The notes beneath the pieces were generated by a model that saw only the letters and a list, made by a program, of their open reading frames with translations, was not told the origin of the DNA and searched no databases. From Phoronis australis (lineage: Eukaryota > Animalia > Phoronida): a DNA stretch of 64,000 nt. The stretch is from assembly GCA_002633005.1 (NCBI GenBank), contig NMRA01000879.1, positions 1-64,000 on the forward strand, read 5' to 3'. The first letter of the stretch is position 1, and each line of letters opens with the position of its first letter. Positions 26,401 through 38,574 of this stretch are shown here, in pieces. The position numbers and the translations under genes were made by a program.

Positions 26401-28112
26401 ACCCCATGTTTGCACTTACTGACCTGAAACATTATATTTTAAATTTCATTGGACGTGTCAATCAGACGTGTAAATTTGAAGTGTCTAGCTCAAAATTTTA
26501 GCTTGCGCCTAATGACCTTTGACCTGTTTTATCTGATTGGATGATTAGATTAGTTAGAAAAGTATTTTTAATTGTGTTGTGGACTTAAACCTGTGCACCG
26601 AATTTGAAAATGATAGCTTTAAAAATGAAGAAGTAGTAGTATTTTGAAAATTATATGACCTTTGCACCAAACGACCTCGTCCGGTGCAATATGAAATATG
26701 ATTATATAACGCATCAACATTTATGTACTGACAAAAATCATATGCTGACTTTAAAGAACGTACCTGCACCCAATTCGGAGTTATTGAGTATCAAATTTGG
26801 TCGGAAGAATAGGAAGAACTAGAAAGATTATTGTTACAGTGTGACAATAATGGACTCTGCGCGTGCGTATTACTGGAATTGTTTTTGGAAGTTACTATCC
26901 TTTCCACTAATTGACATCTTCCGTTGCATTATGAACCCAGATGAGGGAAAAATTATAAACTCGATTTAAAGTGTTCTTAATGCTAAGAATCACTACTCAC
27001 TTCAGAAAACAAGTTTAATGAATTGGTCAAATTTTCAGAAGAAAAATGCACCTAATGACCACATGGGTGCACCAAATATCTTGAAAATTTTGAATTCAAA
27101 CTCAATCGCATTCAGTAAACAGATATGTAATATTGAAGTCTCTAGCTCAAATTTTTAGTTTGCACTCATTGATCTTTGACCTATTTTTTCTGATTGATTA
27201 GGCCTATTGCGTAGTAGAGTATTCAATTGGCATGTTGACTTACTCCAGTTTGCTGAAATTGAAAAGAATTCCTTGAAAATCGTGAGATATAACATTTTGA
27301 ACGTTAGATGACCTTTGCACTAATTGACCCTACACGGTGCATTATAACCGTCTTTAGAATAATTATTGCAAAGCCCATGAAAAATATGATTAATGCTGAG
27401 AATCACAGTTGTCTAACAGACACATCAGAATACTTGGTGTATGAAATTTATAATTTTCAGAAGAAAAATGCACCTAATGACCCCATGTTTGAACTATATG
27501 ACCTGAAACGTTGGATTCCGAATTGGATTACCTGTGCCAGCCAGACCTGTGAATTTGAAGGGTCTAGCTCAAAATCTCAGTTTTCACCTAAAGACCTTTG
27601 ACCTGTTTAACATGATTGGATGACCCGATTACTTAGAAAAGTATTTTTTTTTAAATTGCCTTATTGACTTACATGTATACCTGTGCACCGAATTTGAAAA
27701 GAATAGCTTTAAACATGAAGAAGCAGCATTTTGAAAATTACGTGACCTTTGCACCAAACGACCTCTTCCGGTGAATTATGACATATGATTTTATAATCAA
27801 TCAAAATCTATGTACAGTCTAAAATAACATGCTTACTTTGAAGAACATACCTCCAACCGTTTTGGAAATAAGTGTCAAAGTTGGTCGGAAGAAGAATAAG
27901 ATTAAGAAGAATAAGAATAAGAATAAATTTGACGAAAACCCAGGAACAACAGTTCTCTGCACTTGCACGCGCAGAGTAATAAGAATAAGAATAAGAATGA
28001 AATTGAAGAAAACCCAGGAACAATAGTACTCTGCCCTTGCACGCGCAGAGTAAAAATAAGAAGATAAAATACGCAGAACAGTAAAACTCTGAGCTTGCAC
28101 GCGCAGAGTAAT
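23445..28112 (-). mobile_element. Nested stack of about 4 Helentron-type non-autonomous elements (HINE/DINE-1-like)
   Basis: Three 5' heads (minus strand TTACTCTGCGCGTGCAAG.GCAGAG stem-loop) at 27953-27980, 28027-28053 and 28086-28112, each followed by a (TTCTTA)n-type tract. Internal ~430-bp repeats carry GCACCTAATGACCCC and TGACCTTTGACC. 3' ends with inverted subTIR, hairpin and CTAG lie at 26819 and 25720, with degenerate ones near 24464 and 23447. Confidence 0.7.
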
Positions 28113-28214
28113 TAGTGAAATCCCCGAATTACCAGACAATAAAGACTTGGAGTAGAAGCATGAAATGAAATACACTCCCGTGGACCGTTTCAACTTGAAA
28201 TGAAATACACTCAC

Positions 28215-28454
28215 GTGAACCGTTTCTACTTGTCACTTCAATTCCATGGACACGGTGTATTCCATTTAACTCAACTCTCCACCATGGATTCTGGAAGTTG
28301 TTTCTCTTTAAAGTGTGAGAACACGACTGTCCGTTCATGAAATCTGTAGACCGGCTGCCGTCAATGGCCTTCCCGGCGTCAGCAGTCAAGTTGAATGACG
28401 GAGAAATAAGCCTCAGTGTTGACGACTGTTTAGCACTAAGCAGTGGAATATTGC
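28215..28454 (-). CDS. F-type lectin (fucolectin/FTP) domain, N-terminal exon (phase 1-1, 240 bp)
   Basis: NIPLLSAKQSST...AGKAIDGSRSTDFMNGQSCSHT...NPWWRVELNGIHRVHGIEVTSRNGS contains the A.QSS, AIDG, CSHT and PWW.V.L hallmarks. Acceptor TTTTTTTAG|GC, donor C|GTGAGT. Confidence 0.85.
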
Positions 28455-28829
28455 CTAAAAAAATGAGGACATTAATTGCATGTAAACTAAAACGACATGT
28501 CCGTGTTAAGGTCAAATGTTAACACAATTCAGTGCTGTGACGATTAGTGGTAATTTGAAACAACTGAAGCTAAAATTAAAAAAGCTCCTTGAAATAGGCG
28601 TATTTTTAAAACAAATAAAACCAGCATCTAAACTGTTCATGAATTTTGGATTTTTTCCAAATTCAGGTATTTCGTTCAGATTATAGTAGATGGTGCAAGT
28701 CTGAAGTTTCAGAAAAATACACAGTTACTGATCTTCAAAAGGCCACTGCACGTTCTTAGCGGGAACGATCCAGGTCCCAAAATGAACACTGGCTTGTCAC
28801 GAAAGTTGGGTCGCACCATTATATACATA

Positions 28830-31207
28830 TATTTGCCGGCTGTTCATGAAAAGCAAACTCGAAAACTAAGGATTTGTTTGGATCCACGGGTTTTGAACAA
28901 TGCTATATCTCGTCCGCACAACCTCCTGCGCACCATGGATAATACATGTATATTTCGGAGGTTGAGTGGTGCTAAATATTTTACGAAGGAGGCAGTGTGG
29001 CCTGGTTGAGAAGTGCCCGCTTTCTTTACTCGAGGTCGTGGGTTCAAGTCACACCAGGTCAAACTGCTAAGCCCTTGAGCCAGGTTTCTAGCTCCTCAGC
29101 TCGGTTTTAACCATATCTCTATAAAGCATAAAAATATTTCCAGGTGATCAGTGCAATGGGCCCACATGCTAGGCCTGCGCACGTCTGATACAACGTTTAT
29201 CAGACCGCCTGCAATTACTTTTTTTATAAATATTTTACGAAATTGGATGCGCGCTCATGGTATTGGCAGATTAAATTGCCTAACAAATCGTTATTCTGAC
29301 AACATTGAACACGCCGTTCGGGAGATATCGCTTCTTGAGAATACCATTGGTCTTCGATCGTCAAAAGATGAATTCCAAAAACAAATTGTCGTGAGTTTCG
29401 AGAGACTTCATGGTTTTGTCGCAGTTGTAGATAACTTCCTGTTGTTTGGGCGTAACCGAAAAGAGCACGATACCAATCTGATACAAGCTTTTCTAGAGAT
29501 GCCGTCAGGGAAGCATTCGTTTGAATGATGAGAAATTGGAAGTTGCAAAAAAAGAAGTCCCACAGTTTGCACATTTGATAACTAGTGAAGGTCTGCAACC
29601 GGATCCATCAAAAAATGCTGCCGTTACCCAAACGAAGTGGCCTGAGAATAAAGGTAAGCTTGAAACTGTTCTAGGCATGATGAACTATCTTTCGAAATTT
29701 GCACCACGTTTGGCTGATACACTAGCCTCGTGCGCCAACTGTTATAGTATGTCAACACAGTGATTTTGTTTGGGTCGAGCAACAGCAAAATTCAGTTGAT
29801 GAGGCAAAGCATCTGATCACTAAGACACCTTTGATGCGTTTTCTGATCGAAAAGACTTTGACTCTACAAGTTGATGCCTCAAAATTCAATACCATTTGCG
29901 AATGCACCAAAGGCACCTACACCAGCTGAAATGAACTACGCGCAAATTGAAAATGAAATGCTTGCAATTTTGTTTGGATATGCCAATAAGTTTATGGTAG
30001 GAAAGTATTTGTGGAGACAGCGTTCAAACCACTTGTATCGATATCAAATAAGCCAATATCTGCTGCGCCTCTTAGAATAACAAGGATGATGCTACAGTTG
30101 CAGAGACATGGCTTGGAATTACGTCATTTACCAGAAAAGGAAATTATAGTGGCAGACAAACTGTCGCAAAAAATTCTGCCAGAAACGCTGCCACAGATGT
30201 CGGAAGGCATCGGAGAATATACGTGTGCACTCAGTGAAGGCCAATGTTGCATTCAGTGAGAATAAAGTTAAAAGCCATTAAGATTTGATTAATGAGGATC
30301 CACAAATGTGTTCACTTAAGCAACATGTTATTCATCGGTGTCCCAAATTACGTACAGTGTAGCCAGTGTAGCATTGATGTGATGAACTATTGGAATTACA
30401 GGCATAAAACTTCAGTTGTTGATAATGTGTTAATCAAGGGCCATAAGATCGAGCACGTGCAATGCCAATACTAGGGAACTGCTCCTAGTAGGGATACCTG
30501 CTGTCAAATGGTTAGGACTAATGAACCGCTTAAACCGCGAAACGTTTACTGTCCAAGTCCATTGAAAGTGGCATTGACCGCTATATTGCATTGTTAGAAG
30601 ATCGCAGTGCACCAATAATCGACGGAAACTCGCCAAGTGATTAGCTAATATCACCTCGCTTACGTTCTACATTGACTGTGACCCCTGATCATCTCAAGTC
30701 CTCGATGGTAAAATCATCAATCGAGAATCACCGTAGAAAGCAAAAAACATATTTTGATCGAGCATGTAAACCGCTCAAACCACTCAACATTGGCGATTCT
30801 GTCCGTATTCTACAATAAAAGACTTGGACAGCTGCTAAAGTCACTCCATCATACATAGCAGCCACTAACGATCTGGTTAATTACCGTCTTAATCGTCGAC
30901 GTTTGATGATAACGAATGAAACTATAGGCGAGAACAATGATCTGCCTAACAATATGGCATCAACTCTTGTTAAACTGGAACAAGACAGTGACAAAGGTGA
31001 ACCATATATTACGAGATTTACTGTAGTCGTGTGGTTAAGCCTACTGTCCATGTAGAAGAAATATAGTTTTAGTTTTTAAATAGAGGAGGATGTAACATGA
31101 TTGCTCATGCTTATGTTTATACTGCTAGCTGCAATTAATCATGGTCAGTAACATTATATAATACATGCTAGAAGCTGTGCGGTCTTAGTCAAGCTTTGGG
31201 CATTACA
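28830..31207 (+). mobile_element. Degenerate, 5'-truncated Ty3/Gypsy retrotransposon (RT, RNase H, partial integrase, 3' LTR)
   Basis: Motifs KLRICLDPRVLN, KYFTKLDARSWYWQ, VAVVDNFLLFG, VLGMMNYLSKFAP, LQVDASK, AEMNYAQIENEMLAILFG and PLRITRMMLQLQ. A purine tract AGAGGAGGA precedes TGTAA...TTACA (31091-31207, putative 3' LTR). Confidence 0.85.
28988..29226 (+). mobile_element. Full-length tRNA-derived SINE inserted in the Gypsy RT
   Basis: A-box-like GTGGCCTGGTTG, B-box GGTTCAAGTC and a T-rich tail. Perfect 15-bp TSD TAAATATTTTACGAA (28973-28987 and 29227-29241). Removing it restores AKYFTKLDARS. Confidence 0.85.
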
Positions 31208-31223
31208 CTTTTCACTTCATTTA

Positions 31224-31231
31224 ATATATAC

Positions 31232-31318
<87 letters not shown>

Positions 31319-31336
31319 GACACACATATATATATA
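31224..31336. repeat. Compound (TA)n(CA)n(TA)n microsatellite
   Basis: Directly visible. Confidence 0.95.
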
Positions 31337-31446
31337 AGTGTCTCGATAATACACACAATATTACTGCACCTACATGGTCTATGTGGCGGAGGACATCAGT
31401 CGAACGCTTATTTGGAATATCTGTTATGTTCAGAATAAGAAGTTAC

Positions 31447-31722
31447 CGTAATTAATATTCACAATTCTGGAATATAAATTCCTCTTGTTTCCAGCAGTCG
31501 TAAAGACATTAACGCCAGTATGTATACGGAATTCTTTGTATCCCTTGGTATTGCTGGAGTTAACTTGAGTTGGTGCTGGTGCTGGTGCTGGTTGCGATGA
31601 TATTGTTTTGTCGTACACACTGGCTAATATAACGTCAGAAGTCACGTCAACGTTACTTCCGCCATACACACGGGTACTTGCGGAGCCAAATGCTGAGAGC
31701 GTGCTTAGACGGTACAGGGATT
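31447..31722 (-). CDS. Exon of the lectin-kringle gene (phase 1-1, 276 bp) with a PAPAPAPT linker
   Basis: Acceptor CATTTCAG|AA, donor G|GTAACT. The frame ESLYRLSTLSAFGSASTRVYGGSNVDVTSDVILASVYDKTISSQPAPAPAPTQ...IVNINY is open and joins the lectin exon in frame. Confidence 0.7.
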
Positions 31723-31879
31723 CTGAAATGAAATGCAACCATAGTCATAAGGTTACATTGCACTCGTCCGTGAACTACTATAGAACATCCAGGGTATTTA
31801 GAAAATCGTCAATAAGTCTTTGCATTCAGTCAAATATCTTAAAACTAGTTATGACAATTATTCCAAATCAAATACTTAC

Positions 31880-31929
31880 CAGTTTTTCGACTGGACACAA
31901 ACTTCTTGCAAGAATAAGTATTACCATAC
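31880..31929 (-). CDS. Small exon (50 bp, phase 2-1) of the lectin-kringle gene
   Basis: Acceptor CTTGCAG|GT, perfect donor CTG|GTAAGT. Reads YGNTYSCKKFVSSRKT, and the phases match both neighbours. Confidence 0.65.
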
Positions 31930-33081
31930 CTGCAAGTTGGTATTACAAGAACATCAAATGATTTCAGACCATTTTAAATGTGTAATTTGAAATTCATTAA
32001 GGGCCTGGAAACAGGTTAAATTGGTGGTTTATTTTTCAGATTTTTATTTTAATCTTTGACCACAACAGAAAGTAAAACTTGTATGGTTCACAGAGTTTTT
32101 ATACTCGTATTCTAAAGCCCTTTAAACGAAAGCGCCTCTCACAAAAGTGAAAAAATTCCCTATGTTTCTAAGGGGTCACCTCTAATTAACCTAATGACTA
32201 AAATGTTTTTGAAATTGGCTTAATTTCATTGTGCAATATATTATATTGATGAGCGATTTATGAAAAGGAAAAATCAAAATATTACTGACTTCAATTTTGA
32301 GGCATTTTGTCTGATTCGGAATTGCATAAAAATGCTAAGTTTGACCTTCTCAAATCGCGAAAATCACAAAATAATACATGTAATTAGGTCGTTAAATGTC
32401 ACTAGATACGCGATTATGGTGCTGGAATTGTAAACTAATTTACTTGATGTTTAGAAATCTATGACATTGTTAAGCAGAATCTTCATAACTGTCATTCGAC
32501 TTAGTCACACCTAATTGCTTTGTACTACGTAAAGTCATGTTGTGCGCTCCTTGTAAACGCCAAAAACACGAAGAATTCAACGCCAAATCAATATTTTTAA
32601 ACTCAGAAATCGTTCTTTGAAATTAAAAATCCCAGTCAAATAAATAATAAGTTAGTTATTGCGCTTAAACAGCGACTTTTTACGGCTATGTGGGAAACTG
32701 CGTCAACACCCGTTGATAAACAACGCGTTCGTTACACGTAAGTTACCGGATCATGTCGTGAACTTACACTGAATAGGCAACAGCTTTTGTGGTTTCCTGT
32801 AGATTTAATTCATTTGTCAAAGTTTGTTGCTATTGATCCTGCTCAACCCAGGAACTATGTGTCTAACACAATTTTATTTCTTAATGTTTTTGTAAGTGCC
32901 CGAAATAACTTTTTAGAAACTATGCACGTAATGAAAACATGTAGTATAATCCATTAAATCCCAACACAAAATTCGCAAAGCATTTTTTCTAAATCCCAAA
33001 ACCAACCCAAATCTAACTTGCGGGATCTTTTTGAACATGCATCTAGTATACACCGTGATTGCAAAACTGAGAATGACGTAC

Positions 33082-33242
33082 TTCAGGCACAGAGCCGCCG
33101 GAACAATGGTCAGGATTAAACTCTTGTCACTTAATATGACTAACATTATTGGTCTCGATAAAATTTCAGCGTGCCCATACATTAATGCAATGGAGAATGC
33201 TGTTCTTCCTACTGCGGTTATGCTGTATATTATAAATAGGCT
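33082..33242 (-). CDS. Candidate upstream exon (161 bp, phase 0-2) of the lectin-kringle gene
   Basis: Acceptor CCTTCAG|AG, donor AA|GTACGT. Reads SLFIIYSITAVGRTAFSIALMYGHAEILSRPIMLVILSDKSLILTIVPAALCLK, in phase with the 50-bp exon. Confidence 0.5.
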
Positions 33243-35512
33243 CTGAAGGAGCGAAACAAGCCCCGTAATCGGATAAAAGTAGAATTCGAGATCTGTTTCT
33301 TTGCAGAAGAATACATGTAGAAGAGCACATACGTAATTTTCACTTCTGTGAACCAACACATTTTGTAGAAGCATCAATTATAATTGGAAATTTCAAAGAA
33401 ATTATTCTACAAAAAACGGCGAGAGTAACTGAGATTCAGTGTTATACAACTGTTCGTTGTTCTTTTTTGCTGTTGGTTGATGGTAGTTCAAGCTTTGCTG
33501 CTTCAATATAACATACGCTAGTTGGTAAGAGGTGCATTATTATAAGAAACGCAAACTCGGATTATTAAATTCTCCTTTGAACGTTTCACACCAAAACACA
33601 AACCTGAATAATTACTTGCCACGTTTGAAAAGATGCTTTGTATGTGACGGGGAAGTTCAAATGTACAGGAAACTGACAAGTGCCCATGTTTAAAGACACG
33701 TGGTCTCAGAAATGAACGTTAAATCAACGTACCCCCAAGTTTTCCCAGCCCCGTAACGAAGTGAAAGGAGATACACAGACGGGGAAGTGCAGGTTGTCCA
33801 TTTGACCGTTCTGTCTGCGTCATTGTCACCCCAGGGTAATATACGACCATCGTGCCATGCTGACCGGCATATGGAGGAATCCTGTTGAAGCAGAATAAAA
33901 ATCTAAACACGACCCAAATGCAATGCAACCAAATTTTAAAAGAAAACAAAACTGATACATACATGTAACTGTCACAAGCACTGAAAAGCATCCCACGCCA
34001 TCGCACAGAAACGACTGTAACATAGGGGATTTTTCTAAACCCCCTCGAGCATCCAACCCACAAAGCCGTCGACCCCCACGACCCCCTCGACCTGAGGCAA
34101 TAGAGGTATTGTTGTTCTTTCTGCATGTTTAATAATCTTATAAGTCGCATACTGACTTTCCTTAAAGACTTGGTGTGACAAAGAGGTCGACGATGATTGG
34201 CCTCGCAGATTTTAGCGATAATATAAGCAAAAGTAAAGCACATTCACGTAAGACAATGGAAGATATTTATGAAAAATCTCCAAAAACTGTTTTTTTAAAG
34301 TGATAGATATTGATTGAAGAATACACAGAGCATACAAAGAAATAATGACAAACCCGGAAATCGCGAAGCATTATATCTGGGTTGTGAACAATTTATAAAT
34401 AAAACAAATTTGCATAGAAGTATATACATGTAACAGAGCAAGTCTCCAGTCAACAACAAAAATGTGTATTTTACCTCGTCATGCATGAGTTTCAGTTCAG
34501 TTATACATGATAACGAGCAATTTCATAGGAAGAAACACCCTTCTCCTAAACCTGTCTCTAGCGAAGTCCCCGACACGTACAGTCGCGTCCGCATGCTCAC
34601 GTAACAAAGGCGCACTGAGACGCAGCAAAGATATTAGCATAAGAATAACTGAAAAATTACAACTTTAAATAAGAATAACAATATGCGTAAAGTTACTAAC
34701 GTCCCGTCACATCCTCCCCCCTAACAGAAAATGTCGTCCCGACATCATTAACACTGAATTTGAAGACAAAGCACAGTACTGGCTACAGACATCTCAACGC
34801 ACACTCCACTCCCAACACGGCAACGCCTGGCGTGCTCGCAATAGCAGCAAATTAAAAAAAAATAGTGACCTGCCAATTTTAATCGGTCCGGCACCATCTG
34901 CCGTCCGCACAGAATACGCATTATTTCTCTGAGAGACAACACGATAAGGAGCTGAGCCAAATGCATTCTGAATTTTATGCCTCCCTATGATACTGTGGTC
35001 TCTCAGAAATATTGTTGCACCAACCAGAAGCGACTGGGAGAACACACGTGTATCATTTCTATCTATATTTCTATCATTCGAAGTGTCTTTAAATACTGAG
35101 CACGCTGCCACGCGTCTGTCATTTTATTTGCTCTTAACTTTACATACTCGTCTGTGCAACCATCTGCCAGATTTGCTGCACCAAACCGCTGGAGAAAATC
35201 CGAAGGAAATTTCGGTTCCCTTCCAAAGAACAAGAAAAACGGAGAGTACTCAATAGTGCTGTGTGTACAATTATACGACATCACAAGATCATGTACATAC
35301 TGCGGCCATTTACGCTTGTGATCAATTGAAAAAGTTTTCAACAGATTATGCAATGTGCGATTAAAACGCTCACACTGTGAATTTCCCTCAGGATGATATG
35401 GGGTTGTACGGGATTTCTGAATGTCATATGATTGACACAACTGCTTAACCAGACCGCTTTCAAAATTGCCACCCTGATCGCAATGAATCCTGTCCGGAAT
35501 ACCGAACTTGTT

Positions 35513-36713
35513 AAATTTCGCCAACTATGTTGCTCTTACACTAAGTTTGTTTTTTTTTTGTTTGTTAGCACGATACAGGTCACAATTTTCGTCCGATCAT
35601 CACGAAATTTACATATAACACGTACTTCCGGAAGTACTGGAAGCCTATTTTTTGTCAAAATCGGATCCAAGATGGCGGCTGTGGCGGCCATTTTGTTTTC
35701 ATTAAAAGGTTTAAATGCTTCTGCAGGCTACAATTTTTTACGTAAAAGGCTAACAATCGGCACAGTAAATGGATCGAAAGTTATCTGCGAGTATCCTGGA
35801 AATTGTTCAATTCCAAATAAAGATGGCAGAAATATCGGCGATCGCGCATGCGCACCTCGATTTTGGCCTAAAAACATTTTCTCCTGTAGAGGGCGCATTA
35901 TAAGACCAATTTCTTCGAATTTTTACATGCATTAGTTTCTTATGACAAGCTGTTATACAAAGCCAAAAAACGGTAATTTTCTTTCAAGATGGCGGATCTG
36001 GCCCATGTTGACCTATTTTCAGTCCTGCTGGAGTGTGATTTTAAACGGGAAGAGAAAAAGACGTGATTTTTTGCATGTGGTTTCTTTGAAGTATATCCTT
36101 TCAAATGGCCTGTAGCAATTTTTTTCTCAGACTTACCGTTTTCGAGTTATTTGACTTTGAATTTCTTAAAAAGAAAAACGCAAAATTTCAGTTTTTTCGA
36201 AAAAATTTACGGAATTAGGCGATACCATTAGTTTAGATAGAATTTTGAACGGGCTTTCAGAAGATGCTTTCGCTAGGACGTCTATTTTTCGAGTTATTTG
36301 AGATTTTCTGATAACGCTGTTCCTTTGTTGAGCGCTCTTGCTGCATTGGTGTTGGTTTATCTTCTATTGAAGTAGGCTGTAGCCTATTTCTTATTGATTT
36401 ATGACATCTAAGTTCGTCATATGAATGTTGTGATGTTGTTCATTATCGCCACCACCATCATCATGTTCGTCATCATCGTCATCATCTTTGTCATCATCTC
36501 CGTCGTTGTCTTTTCCGTTAATTTCGCCAAGTGTCGCTCAAGACTGTAGCCATTTTCTTACTGATTTCGGACTTCTACGTTCGTCATGTGTATGTTATTA
36601 TTACTTTTTGTTCATCCTCGCCACCATCGTCGTCATATTCCTCATCTTCTTCATCATCTTTATCGTCATCTTTTTGGTTAATTTCGCCAAGTTTCGCTCC
36701 TCGGAGCGCTTTC
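35513..36713 (+). mobile_element. Helentron-type non-autonomous element splitting the Gypsy integrase
   Basis: Starts TT|AAATTTCGCCAAC followed by a (GTTT)n tract. Ends AATTTCGCCAA plus hairpin CGCTCC-TC-GGAGCG before TT. No TSD is evident. Removing it rejoins LTEQ*FN|KFGIPDRIH. It contains a ~165-bp duplication rich in CAT/CGT triplets (36375-36690). Confidence 0.65.
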
Positions 36714-38574
36714 ATTGAACTATTGCTCAGTCAACGCCTTGGCAACAGTCAGGGCAGTTTGATTGCGTGACAGTACAACCTGCGCGAACTTCGTGAATAT
36801 GCCAGTCATCACTAATATGTTTTCCTTACCGTCACTGGACGGCTCTAGCACAGTAAAATCAACGGCTAACTTTCCATTGGGTCTACATGCAGTCAAGTGA
36901 CTCGTGATCGTCTTCGGTTTTTTGTATGGGCCCTTGGAAATTTGATGCCTCTCACATAATTTGCAATGGTCTGTCACATCATTTTGCATGCCTACCAAAA
37001 AGTAACGATTACTAATCAAATCAAATGTTCTCTTATACCCTTGGTGCCCAGCAGCATCATGTAGAAACACCATAATTTCTCTTCGTAGTGATTGTGGCAC
37101 AACTAACAAACTTACAACTTCATTATCAACTGACGAGATCATGTTTATGAACAGCATTCCCCGGTCTAAGTACAGATCATTCCAATACCTCAAATTATTC
37201 CGTATGCCGCTATTTGCGGTGTCACCAGGCTTACCTTTTGCTTGTAAGCTTTCCATCACGCCACCAAGAATAACATCATGACGCTGTGAATTCACTAATT
37301 CGGTGTTTGTTAGGGCAGGGAATGACGACGAAGTGTCCAACCCACTCTGTGTCGTAACAAACTAAAGCCTGACAGGGATCAGGTCACAATATTCTTGACA
37401 GCGCGAAAGTGTCTAAGTTTGACTTACCAGTCTTGTACACAATATGAAAATTATAATTTGCTAACTCAGAAACCCACCTCTGAGTTGCATGCAACCAGCT
37501 TAGCTGTGGAGAACGCATATGTAACAGTGCTAACTACAAGCGGCACACCCCCGTATAGGTAATCGTGAAACTCAAGTTTATGTACAGGATAACGTTTCTC
37601 GGCTTCACTCAAACAACGAATGGCAAAGGCAATAGGTCTATTCAATCGTCCCGCCTCCTGATATAATATGGCAGCTATAACGACGTCATACTAGCGTCAA
37701 TGTGCACAGAAAATGGCTGTGTACAGTCAGCAGATGCCAGCACCGGGCTACTCGTGCACCTGCGTTTAAGTTCGTCAAAAGCATGCTGGTCTTTATCACC
37801 TTAAGACAGTCCATTTGGGGCATCAGAAGATTACATGTACGTTTACGACCAGTTACTCCTTTTGTAAGAGCATGGAGAGGCTAGGCAATTGATGCAAAGT
37901 CTTGAATAAAGCGAAGGTAAAACTCCACGAAACTTAAAAAACTTTGTAAGTCTTTCACACACTTTGGAATAGGCCAATCCAACACAACCGCTATCTTATC
38001 GGGATCACCCCTTGTTGAGATATTACGTGACCCAAATACACCGTTTGCTGCTTAAAGAACTCACATTTTGACGGCTTAAATGTCATATCAAACTCACGTA
38101 CGCGTTGAAACACGTTTCTCAACCGGATTAGATGCTTCTCAAATGGATAACTAAATACCAAATATCGTCCAATAATATCAAGCACTCAGACAAATACAAA
38201 TCCCCCATACACATTTCCATCATTTGATGAAGCGTTGCAGGATCATTGGTTAACCCAAACGGAAGTCTATTGCACTCGTAAAATCCGAGTTGACCTACAG
38301 TAAATGCCGTTTTATGTTTGTCCTCCTCTGCTATATCTACCTGCCAATAAGCAGATTTCATGTCAAGAGTTGAAAAATATTGAGAACAATGGAGCGTACG
38401 CAAATTTTCAGTCGCACGAGGCAAAGCATACGCATCCTTTACCGTGGTCTCTTTCAATTTACGAAAATCTAAGTAAAATCGCAACTCTCCAGACTCCTTA
38501 CGTATCAAGACAATACTGGAAGCACATGGACTATTGGACGGTCTGATAACCCCCACTTGCAACATATCCTTTAA

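Noticed and set aside
27808-28214. Hydrophobic ILILIL and Lys/Asn-rich ORFs
   Set aside because: They derive from (GAATAA)n microsatellites in the nested elements.
33082-33242. PAN/Apple-like reading in an alternative frame (LHCINVWAR*...)
   Set aside because: Two in-frame stops, and the phase does not match the next exon.
36488-36770. Membrane-protein-like and Ser-rich ORFs
   Set aside because: They are translations of CAT/CGT triplet repeats inside the Helentron-like insertion.
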